Assembly: GCA_965261385.1 (NCBI GenBank) | Contig: CBDHDB010000002.1 | Location: forward strand, 2,813,096-2,877,095 | Origin: Dehalococcoidia bacterium | Lineage (GTDB): Bacteria > Chloroflexota > Dehalococcoidia > Lucifugimonadales > Australimonadaceae | DNA: 64,000 bases | Direction of reading: 5' to 3' | Part shown: positions 55,966-63,634 of the stretch, in pieces | How positions within the stretch are numbered: position 1 is the first letter of the stretch | Layout of the letters: the number at the start of each line of letters is the position of its first letter | The notes under the pieces: model-generated | What the model was told of the DNA's origin: nothing | What the model saw: the letters and a program-made list of their open reading frames with translations, nothing else | Databases searched by the model: none | Position numbers and translations under genes: made by a program

Positions 55966-58056
55966 CTATTCCTCCAGCGACTCCGCTAGGAGCTCCAGCA
56001 GGTCTTTGGCGGCCTTGTGGTCGGCGGCACCTTTGGCGGTGATGCCCTCTTCCATCATCTGGAGGCAGAATGGGCAGGAGACGCCCACGACATCGGCTTC
56101 GGTCTCCAGGAAGTGGTCGGTGCGGATGTGGTTGACGCGGACGCCCTGCTCTTCCATCCACATGCGCCCGCCGCCGGCGCCGCAGCAGAAACCTCGCTCG
56201 CGGCACTTGCCCTCGCCCATCTCAACGAGCTCCAAGCCGGGGATGGCGCGGGCAATCTCTCGCGGCGGGTCGTAGATGTCGTTGTGCCGGCCCAGGTAAC
56301 AAGAGTCATGGTAGGCGACGGAGATGGGGACAGCCTTCTTGGGCCGGATGCGGTTCTCGCGGAGAAGCTGGGCGACGAGCTCGGTGTAGTGGACCACCTC
56401 AAAGTCGCCGCCTAGCTGCGGGTACTCGTTCTTGATCGTGTTGAAGCAGTGGGGGCACAGGGTGACGACCTTCCGCACCTCGTAGCCCTTCATCGTCTCG
56501 ATGTTCTGCTCGGCCATCATCTGAAAGAGGTACTCGTTGCCGAGGCGGCGGGCCGGGTCGCCCGTGCAGGTCTCCTCGCTTCCGAGCACGCGGTACTTCA
56601 CCCCGGCCAGCTTGAGCACGGACGCCATAGCCCGCGCCGTCTGCTGGCCGCGCCCATCGAGCGCCGAGGTGCAGCCGACCCAGAGCAGCAGCTCGTTGTC
56701 GGGGTCGTCGGCCATGGCGACGGCTTCGGTCCCCTCCATCCAGTCGGTCCGCGTGGCCTGGGTGCCGCGCCAGGGATGGCCGCGCTGCTCCATCGAGTTG
56801 AGTGCGCCCATCGCGGTCTCGGGAACGTCGGCCTCCTCCATCGTGAGGTAGCGGCGCATGTCGACGATGGAGTCGATGTGCTCGACGAATGCGGGGCAGG
56901 CCTCCATGCAGGCGCGGCAGGTCGTGCAGGACCAGAGGACCTCGGGGCTGATGAAGCCGTGGACGAGGTCGCTTTCCGGCTCCGGAGGCGGAGCGTCGGC
57001 GCCCTCGGCGAGGAGGACCGGCGCGCGGGAGACCATGTAGGCCTTCGCATCCTGCACAAGCTTCCTCGGCGAGAGAGGCTTGCCGCTGCGCCATGCGGGG
57101 CACTGGTCCTGACAGCGTCCGCAGTTCGTGCAGGAGTCGTAGTCGAGCAGCTGTTTGGAGGTGAGCTGGGTGAGCTCGCGCGCGCCGAAGACCTCCAGCG
57201 TATCGAGGTCCCCCATGGACCGGAGGGCACCCTTGGGGCGGGTGACCGAGGAGCGCATCACAAGATTGATGGGGCTCACGAAGATGTGCATGAGGGGACC
57301 GAACCGCCACGCGGCGTAGACGAACGTGGCCGACATGAGCGCGGCGTGGGCCCACCAGAGGACGAAGTGCGATACCTCCATGCCGTAGACGGTTGCGCCC
57401 ACGGCCCGGATGCCTTGGGCAATGACGTATGAAAAGGGCGACCAGTAAGCAGACGACACGCTGTAGAGGTCGCTCGCCGGCTCGAGCTCGGTGGCGGCCA
57501 TGCGCAGAGACTGCAACACGAAGCCGGAAAGGGCCATGCTCAGGAGCAGGACGAGGAGCACGCCGTTCTCCAGCATCGTGTTCAGACGGGGCGGTCTAAC
57601 GACGTAGCGGCGGTAGGCGGCGAGCGCGACGCCCGAGATGAGCATCAGGCCGCCGATGTCCCAGACGAGCTCCAGCTGTACGCCGATGCGGCGGCTCGCC
57701 AGATGCCAGCCAAACCACTTCTCGGCGTTGAATTCCACGGCGTCGAGGCTCGTCGCGATGAATAGGATGGCCATCCCCCAGAAGATGAGGAAGTGCATCG
57801 CACCGGGGTAGCGCTCATGTTTCGCAAACCTTCGGTGGCCGGCGGCGTCGGTGAGCAGCGTACTGAAAGCGGCCCTGAGCCTCGCGCCCCAAGGGCCAAC
57901 GTCCGGGTTGGGCTTCCCAAGCCGCCAGTACCGCGAACGCCGCCAGAGCGCCCAGGCGACCGCCGCAAGCGAGATGACGCCGACGAGATAGACGACCGCT
58001 CCCAACGGGTAGCCGATATTCCAGAAGTCGAGGCGTCCGTTCAGCTCAGGGGGCAA
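55966..58056 (-). CDS. membrane-anchored (Fe-S)-binding oxidoreductase, NarI/DsrM-like N-terminus fused to an HdrD/DsrK-like CCG-domain C-terminus
   Basis: 696 aa with 5-6 N-terminal transmembrane helices. Has two 4Fe-4S ferredoxin motifs (CTNCGRCQDQCP, CTTCRACMEACP) and CCG motifs (CPHCFNT, GFCCGAGGG). Confidence 0.8.
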   Translation of the reverse strand: MPPELNGRLDFWNIGYPLGAVVYLVGVISLAAVAWALWRRSRYWRLGKPNPDVGPWGARLRAAFSTLLTDAAGHRRFAKHERYPGAMHFLIFWGMAILFIATSLDAVEFNAEKWFGWHLASRRIGVQLELVWDIGGLMLISGVALAAYRRYVVRPPRLNTMLENGVLLVLLLSMALSGFVLQSLRMAATELEPASDLYSVSSAYWSPFSYVIAQGIRAVGATVYGMEVSHFVLWWAHAALMSATFVYAAWRFGPLMHIFVSPINLVMRSSVTRPKGALRSMGDLDTLEVFGARELTQLTSKQLLDYDSCTNCGRCQDQCPAWRSGKPLSPRKLVQDAKAYMVSRAPVLLAEGADAPPPEPESDLVHGFISPEVLWSCTTCRACMEACPAFVEHIDSIVDMRRYLTMEEADVPETAMGALNSMEQRGHPWRGTQATRTDWMEGTEAVAMADDPDNELLLWVGCTSALDGRGQQTARAMASVLKLAGVKYRVLGSEETCTGDPARRLGNEYLFQMMAEQNIETMKGYEVRKVVTLCPHCFNTIKNEYPQLGGDFEVVHYTELVAQLLRENRIRPKKAVPISVAYHDSCYLGRHNDIYDPPREIARAIPGLELVEMGEGKCRERGFCCGAGGGRMWMEEQGVRVNHIRTDHFLETEADVVGVSCPFCLQMMEEGITAKGAADHKAAKDLLELLAESLEE

Positions 58057-58094
58057 GTCCGGCCTCCATGTGAGGTGGCCGCGAGTTTAGCAGG

Positions 58095-58215
58095 TCTCCC
58101 CTACCCTTCCGTCGTTCCCGCGCCCTCCCGCCCGACTCTCCGTCATTCCAGCGCAGGCGGGCACCTCGCAGCGACGCGACAGCAGCGCGGTCCCTCCTCC
58201 CCCGGTCTGCGACGC
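58095..58215 (-). repeat. Degenerate composite hairpin repeat (core 58140-58167)
   Basis: ccgtcattccagcgcaggcgggcacctc, plus a partial ccgtcgttcccgcgcc and the ggaccgcgctgctgtcgcg module. Confidence 0.75.
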
Positions 58216-58390
58216 ATGATGCGAAAATGACATGGTGGGAGCAGCCGGAGCGGCGCCCAGTGAGGGCGGAATCGGCGCCGCTCCGGCGCATCGCACGACC
58301 GCAAAGGCTTGTTTTGCCTCAAGATGTGTCATCCATTCACTCGTAACTTCCCCGGCCTACGAGTGGACGAGGGCTGCCTCTCGCAAAAAC

Positions 58391-58420
58391 GGTCTCATTT
58401 GGTCGCATTTGGTCGCATTT
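58391..58420 (+). repeat. Three tandem 10-bp units (ggtctcattt ggtcgcattt ggtcgcattt)
   Basis: Read directly from the sequence. The period equals one helical turn. Lies immediately upstream of the tRNA-like element. Confidence 0.7.
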
Positions 58421-58426
58421 GCTCCT

Positions 58427-58567
58427 GGCGGAACCACCCCTAGCCCCTCCATGGACAGGAGGCAATCGCAACGGAAAGCTTCGATACTCGTGGGCAGTAG
58501 ACTTGCGCTCTGGGGCAGGCAACAGCACCTAAAGGTCCTCACGTGGTTCGAGTCCCCGCCAGGGGCC
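58427..58567 (+). other. Conserved non-coding element with a tRNA-like T-arm/acceptor-like 3' end (better-preserved paralog of 18480-18615)
   Basis: cgtGGTTCGAGTCCccg followed by ccagggg. A possible closing helix forms between ggcgg-aaccac (58427-58437) and gtggtt...ccgcc (58543-58560). It does not fold as a canonical tRNA. Confidence 0.35.
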
Positions 58568-59331
58568 TATTTTGACGATAGACAGAACCATCTTCGAGAT
58601 GTGGCTCGTCCTGGCAGGCTCGCCAAAGGCTGTCACTGCAAGATGACAACGAGGGCGGCGGGGGCGGCAACAATGCCGCCCATGCTCGCGGTCAGACGTC
58701 GTCCCGCATCGTCAACATTCGTAGTACACAATCGACACGAAAAACTCAGGTGCTCGTGGGCGGTGGATCTGAAGGCCGCCAAGTACGGACAGTCTGATGG
58801 TCACGGTTCCTGCCCCTTCGGCATCCGATAGCCGACGGGCGGCTCCTGAAGGGGTGCGTGGGCTTGTCCGCGTCCTCGCCCAGCTAGCGGGGGAACTGCT
58901 TCACCGCATGTGCGGACGCTCCCCCTGCCGTCGGTGTGTCCAATGCCCCAGGCCGCTCAATGGCGAGCTCAGCGAAAGGAACCCGAGTGTCGCTCATGTA
59001 CTGGACGAGTACAACGTATTTGACACACGGCCTTGCCTGTGTAGACTGGCGCTTGGCGCGTCCGAGAGGGTCTCACTCGATGATTGATCTGTCCGGCATA
59101 CACCGTCCGCCCCTGCGCGCGGGCATTGCCTACCGGCCTGGCTAACACCGCCGGCTTGCCGACCACCACGTGGCTGGATCGCGGCGCTTCGTCCCATTCG
59201 CCTCCACTATAGTTTGACCGTCATCCCGCCCCGGTGGTCTCCTGATATACCGCTCCGGTGTTTGCCGCGTGCGCGATACGCCATAGCGCGGGCACCCCGA
59301 GAGCGTGAGCCATCCAAACGGGAGGACTCGC

Positions 59332-60450
59332 ATGGCGTCGCCGGTGCAAGCAGTCTCGTCACTCTACGGGGGGTTCTGGAACTTCGAGCTCCAGGACTTC
59401 TGCTACATGACGAACCGGTACTTCCCTCCCGCCGGCCTCATTGGCGAGCTCGCATCGAGCCTTCCCGAGCTCGTCAAGTCGTACCCCTCGACGAACCGTC
59501 ACCTCTCGTCGCTCGTTGCCGCGCCCCTCGGCCTCACCCACGAGCAGGTCGTCGTTGGGAACGGCGCGGCGGAGATCATCAGCGTCCTCAGCGGTCTGCG
59601 CGTCGAGCGCCTGGCCGTGCCCATCCCGACGTTCGACGAATACCCCAACCGCGCCGCCGTCCAGGGCAAGCCCGTCAGTCGTTACCCCACGGACGCTGAG
59701 TTCGTCCTGGACGTCGACGGGTTCATCGCGCACGTGGCGGAGACTGGCGCGAACGCAGTGGTCCTCATCCGGCCCAACAACCCATCAGGGACGCTCATCC
59801 CCAAGAGCAGCGTTGTCGATATGCTCCAGGCCTTCCGCCGCCTTGACCTAGTCGTCATCGACGAGTCGTTCCTCTACTTCGCGTCGCCCGACTGGCCGCA
59901 GCTGAGCGCGTTGAGCCTCATACACGAGTTCCCGAACCTGGTCATCGTCAACAGCATGTCGAAGGCCTACGGCGTGCCGGGGCTCCGGCTGGGCTACGCC
60001 GTCTCCGGCGACGCCGCCCTCGTCGCTCGCCTGCGCGCCGAGCTCCCCATCTGGAGCGTGAACTCGCTTGCGCAGCTGTTCATCGAGCGCGTCCAGCGAT
60101 ACGAGGCCGAGTTCGCCGAGTCCTGTGTACTCGTGACCCGTGCGACACAGGCCCTCTACGAGGGACTCCGGACGGTCCCCTTCCTCCACCCGTATCCGAC
60201 CCACGGCAACTACGTCCTCTGCCGCACCTCGCCCGAGCTTAGCGGGGCGGAGGTCACCGCTCGCCTGTTTGACGAGCACCGGGTGCTCGTCAACGACTGT
60301 AGTCGAAAGCAAGGACTCGACTATAGGTTCTTCCGCATCGCCTCGCGGACAACCGAGGAAAACGAATGGCTGGTCGGCATTCTCCGCACGATGGCGGCCG
60401 GCGAGCCGCGAGCGCTCCGCTCGGCCGCGCCCGACGGAGTTAGTAGGTAG
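59332..60450 (+). CDS. class I/II PLP-dependent aminotransferase/decarboxylase (HisC/CobD-like)
   Basis: NPSGTL and SMSKAYGVPGLRLGY motifs. The ATG at 59332 is preceded by GGGAGG. Confidence 0.8.
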   Translation: MASPVQAVSSLYGGFWNFELQDFCYMTNRYFPPAGLIGELASSLPELVKSYPSTNRHLSSLVAAPLGLTHEQVVVGNGAAEIISVLSGLRVERLAVPIPTFDEYPNRAAVQGKPVSRYPTDAEFVLDVDGFIAHVAETGANAVVLIRPNNPSGTLIPKSSVVDMLQAFRRLDLVVIDESFLYFASPDWPQLSALSLIHEFPNLVIVNSMSKAYGVPGLRLGYAVSGDAALVARLRAELPIWSVNSLAQLFIERVQRYEAEFAESCVLVTRATQALYEGLRTVPFLHPYPTHGNYVLCRTSPELSGAEVTARLFDEHRVLVNDCSRKQGLDYRFFRIASRTTEENEWLVGILRTMAAGEPRALRSAAPDGVSR

Positions 60451-60455
60451 ACGTC

Positions 60456-61253
60456 ATGCAGGCAGTAATCCTCGCAGCGGGACAGGGCACGAGACTCCGT
60501 CCATTCACCAACGAATGCCCCAAACCCCTGGTGAGCGTTCAGGGTAAGCCCATGCTGTACTACCAGCTCGAGGCGCTCGACGGGGCGGGCGTTCGGGAGT
60601 GCGTGATCGTCGTAGGCTGCTGCGCCGACCTGGTCCGCGAGACCATCGGCGCCCGGTTCGGCAACGTCGCCATCTCCTACGTTGAGAACGACATATACGA
60701 CCGGACGAACAACATCTACTCGCTCTGGCTGGCGCGGCGAAGCATCGTTGACGACATCCTGTTGCTCGAGGGCGATCTCGTCTTCGAGCCCGGCCTGCTG
60801 CTTGACCTGCTCGACGCGCCCTATGACAACGTCGCCGTGGTTGACCGCTACGACTCCACCATGAACGGGACGGTCATCCAAGCGGCTGGCGACCTGGCAA
60901 CCGCCATGGTGCTCAAGGCGGACCAGCCCCCCGATTTCGACTACGGCTCCGCGCTCAAGACGGTCAACATCTACAAACTCTCGGGTAGGGCGGTGCGCTG
61001 GCAGGTGATGCCGTACCTCGATGAGTACATCGCGCGGGGCCAGACTAGCCACTATTACGAGATAGCCTTCGCACGCGCCATTGCCGACGGCTCGTTGCGC
61101 ATGCACGTGCTCGGCACGGGCCCACGGTGGTGGACGGAGATCGACAACGTCGATGATCTACGCCACGCCCAGACCATGTCGCTGCTGCCCACCCATCGCC
61201 CGCGCTCCGGGCTGACAGCACAGCGCGGCCCAGTAGGGAGGATCGTGCGATGA
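60456..61253 (+). CDS. LicC-like sugar/phospho-alcohol nucleotidyl(cytidylyl)transferase
   Basis: AVILAAGQGTRLRP..PKPLV, and NNIYSLWLA, which is typical of the LicC/phosphocholine cytidylyltransferase group. Confidence 0.8.
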   Translation: MQAVILAAGQGTRLRPFTNECPKPLVSVQGKPMLYYQLEALDGAGVRECVIVVGCCADLVRETIGARFGNVAISYVENDIYDRTNNIYSLWLARRSIVDDILLLEGDLVFEPGLLLDLLDAPYDNVAVVDRYDSTMNGTVIQAAGDLATAMVLKADQPPDFDYGSALKTVNIYKLSGRAVRWQVMPYLDEYIARGQTSHYYEIAFARAIADGSLRMHVLGTGPRWWTEIDNVDDLRHAQTMSLLPTHRPRSGLTAQRGPVGRIVR

Positions 61254-61990
61254 CTGAGCGCGACGCCGCCGGAAGGGCGGAGATTGACCAGCTGATAAGG
61301 ACCATCCCGCCCATGGACGTCACGGTGGCGGCGGAACTCCTCCGGGAGGCGAAGGAGGTCTTCGACGAGCAAGGAGGGGTGTTCTTCCTGAGGCAGGGGA
61401 CCTGCCTTGGAGCCGTCCGCGACGGCGCCTTCATTACTTGGGACGACGATATCGACCTCGGCTCCATCTACGGGATGCACGGCCTAACCAAGCGGTCGGT
61501 CGCGTCGGTGGCCGACGCCTTCAGGGCTCGCGGATTCCACGTCGAGACGGCAACGTACGGCGGCGAGTCGTGGCTCGGGGTCATGAAGCGCCACATACGG
61601 ATCGACTGGCTTTGCTACCGCGTCCGCAAGGGCCACATCGTCCACTTCCCGAACGTGTCGATTCCGGCGGAGCTGTTCACCCGCCTCGAAGAGATCGACT
61701 TCGTCGGCGAGAGGTTTCTGGTACCGAGTCCGCCTGAAGAGTACCTCCGCTGCAAGTACGGACCGCACTGGGCGACGCCCAAGCGCATCGGTTACGAGAA
61801 GGACGTCGTCGATAACCTCCCGGCTGAGCAGCCTGCTTGGCCTCGGCTCCTCTGGCGGTTCCTCGCGGCCCGTCTTGCGGGCAGAACGGCTGTGCTTCAA
61901 TATGGGAAATCCTGGTCTTACAGCCTATGGGCCTGCAACTTTGCCCACCAAGCCTTGGCCCGGGACTCCGGGCTGCCCATGGGCGCGTAG
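61250..61990 (+). CDS. LicD family phosphotransferase
   Basis: LRQGTCLGAVRDGAFITWDDDIDLG is the LicD signature. Confidence 0.8.
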   Translation: MTERDAAGRAEIDQLIRTIPPMDVTVAAELLREAKEVFDEQGGVFFLRQGTCLGAVRDGAFITWDDDIDLGSIYGMHGLTKRSVASVADAFRARGFHVETATYGGESWLGVMKRHIRIDWLCYRVRKGHIVHFPNVSIPAELFTRLEEIDFVGERFLVPSPPEEYLRCKYGPHWATPKRIGYEKDVVDNLPAEQPAWPRLLWRFLAARLAGRTAVLQYGKSWSYSLWACNFAHQALARDSGLPMGA

Positions 61991-62017
61991 AGAACCAACG
62001 GACAAGAGGATATCTTC

Positions 62018-63124
62018 ATGCAGAACGGCGACCACCTGACCATACGCGGCAAGCGGTTTCACTACACTTGGCTGCGCGACCATTGCTTGTGTCCTGAGTG
62101 CTTCCACCAGGACTCCTCGCAAAAAATCTACGACATAAGCATGGACCCGGTTCCCCCGGAACCGCGGTCCGTGGAAGAGACCTCCTCAGAGCTGCGCATT
62201 TCCTGGAACGGAGCCCAGCCCCACGAAAGTGTATTTCCCATCCATTGGCTGCTTGAACATTCCTACGACCCCTCGCCGGGTCCCGAGCAGCCCAGCGAAT
62301 CGGCCCTGTGGGATGCGGCTTACATGGACGCCCATCCGCCTGGATTTTTCGATGCTTCCTCCACTCCCTTTGAGTCGTGGGGCCGGCAACTTGCTGCCCT
62401 GGGCTTGGCAGTAATTCACAACCTTCACCACACCGAGCTGCATACTTGGGTCACGGACATCGCCCCGATACACCTCACTGAGTACGGCGTCACTTGCCGG
62501 GTTAGGCCGACGCCCGGAGCCAAGGACCTGGCCCTGTCCAACGCCGGTGACAGCCTCTTGCCCCACACCGATGGCTCTTATAGGTGGGGAGAAAGGCTGG
62601 TGCAGTTCCTCTGCGCCCGCAGCAACACGACGTCCGGAGGCGACACAATCCTTGTAGACGGGTTCCGCGTGGCCCGGGACTTTCGACTGCAACATCCTCG
62701 CGCGTTCGACCTGCTGGCCTCAACTCGCATACAATTCCGCCAATATGACAGGCAGGCCGGATATCTGTTCAAGCATTCCACTCCCCTTTTGCTCCTCGAT
62801 AATGGAGGGGAAGTCGAAGCCGTCTGCTATTGTCCCAAGAACCTTGACTGGCAGCTTCCCTTCGACCAGGTGGAGGAGTATTACCGGGCATACAGACTCT
62901 TCTCCAGCTGCCTCAACGACCCCCAGTACCAATATCGGTTCCGGTTGGAGGAGGGCGACTGCGTGATCTTCCAGAATTTCAGGGTCCTCCACAGCCGCAG
63001 CAAATACGACCCAGCCTCAGGAGACAGGGACTTCGAGACCGGCTACGTTGACTGGAGCTACGTAGCTGCGCGCCTCGAGTACCAGCGCGTCAAAGGCTCA
63101 AGGCAGCCTTCGGGTGCGGCCTGA
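62018..63124 (+). CDS. Fe(II)/2-oxoglutarate dioxygenase of the gamma-butyrobetaine hydroxylase/TmpA type
   Basis: N-terminal zinc motif RDHCLCPEC..H, plus HTDGSY (HxD) and VLHSR (distal His). GC content is lower than in the neighbouring genes. Confidence 0.8.
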   Translation: MQNGDHLTIRGKRFHYTWLRDHCLCPECFHQDSSQKIYDISMDPVPPEPRSVEETSSELRISWNGAQPHESVFPIHWLLEHSYDPSPGPEQPSESALWDAAYMDAHPPGFFDASSTPFESWGRQLAALGLAVIHNLHHTELHTWVTDIAPIHLTEYGVTCRVRPTPGAKDLALSNAGDSLLPHTDGSYRWGERLVQFLCARSNTTSGGDTILVDGFRVARDFRLQHPRAFDLLASTRIQFRQYDRQAGYLFKHSTPLLLLDNGGEVEAVCYCPKNLDWQLPFDQVEEYYRAYRLFSSCLNDPQYQYRFRLEEGDCVIFQNFRVLHSRSKYDPASGDRDFETGYVDWSYVAARLEYQRVKGSRQPSGAA

Positions 63125-63412
63125 GTACGCCGGTTCCCCAGTGCAAGAGGACCTGTTCTACCGCGCCATCAATTAATTGCTGGAGCCAAGCGCATCTAGA
63201 GGTCGTACGATGCCATGGCAAACAGCCGCCGGAGACGGCCTACGGCGAATTAGGTTAGGCCAATTCCTGACTTGAGGTGATTCCCACTGATACCATGGCA
63301 GCATAACCGAGTGACATTTCTGTCGGCCACTTAAACGGACATTTATCCTGAACAGCGACACCCTAATGGTCCAACTTCCGTCCGCCCTTGACACAACGGC
63401 CGGGGCGGACTC

Positions 63413-63553
63413 TTGTCCGACAAGCCCGACCATGAGCTGTATGCAGAGCTCCGGCAAGAGATATTCGGAGGCAAGCCTCTTCCTGGGAATCCCGCCGACT
63501 TGATCCGGGAGGCCCGTGAGATCAGGGATGCGGAAATCGAGAGGTGGGCATGA
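63413..63553 (+). CDS. possible antitoxin remnant
   Basis: 46-aa TTG-initiated ORF whose stop overlaps (ATGA) the following short PIN-like start. Confidence 0.2.
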   Translation: MSDKPDHELYAELRQEIFGGKPLPGNPADLIREAREIRDAEIERWA

Positions 63554-63624
63554 ACGGGTTCGTGGTGACCGATGCAAGCCTGGCGCCCGAGCCCAGGGCT
63601 GGTAGCGCTGCGCAGCCACACTAG
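63550..63624 (+). pseudogene. possible truncated PIN (VapC) N-terminus
   Basis: MNGFVVTDASL... resembles the start of a PIN domain, but the ORF stops after 24 codons. Confidence 0.2.
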
Positions 63625-63634
63625 GAGGAGCGCG

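Noticed and set aside
58554-58566. ZTP (pfl) riboswitch 3' half, because ccgccagggg resembles CCGCCUGGGC
   Set aside because: The 5' sub-domain (GGGUCGUGAC...) is absent, and the downstream genes are not purine or folate genes.
58427-58567. tRNA or tmRNA gene, because of GGTTCGAGTCC plus an acceptor-like strand
   Set aside because: No 5' strand complementary to ccagggg lies at tRNA distance. The best candidate gives a molecule of about 130 nt starting with C and lacking a proper anticodon arm. A tmRNA would need a GGGG 5' end and roughly 350 nt. The T-stem has a mismatch.
18480-58567. A 40-kb genomic island bounded by direct repeats (att sites) at 18.5 and 58.5 kb
   Set aside because: The repeats are only about 80% identical. 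The interior is dominated by core genes (pyr/car operon, thrB, aspartate kinase, ctaAB), and no integrase is present.
58570-59300. Possible degraded integrase or recombinase next to the tRNA-like element
   Set aside because: Only short ORFs (under 100 aa) with no recombinase motifs were found in any frame by eye. I cannot support a call.
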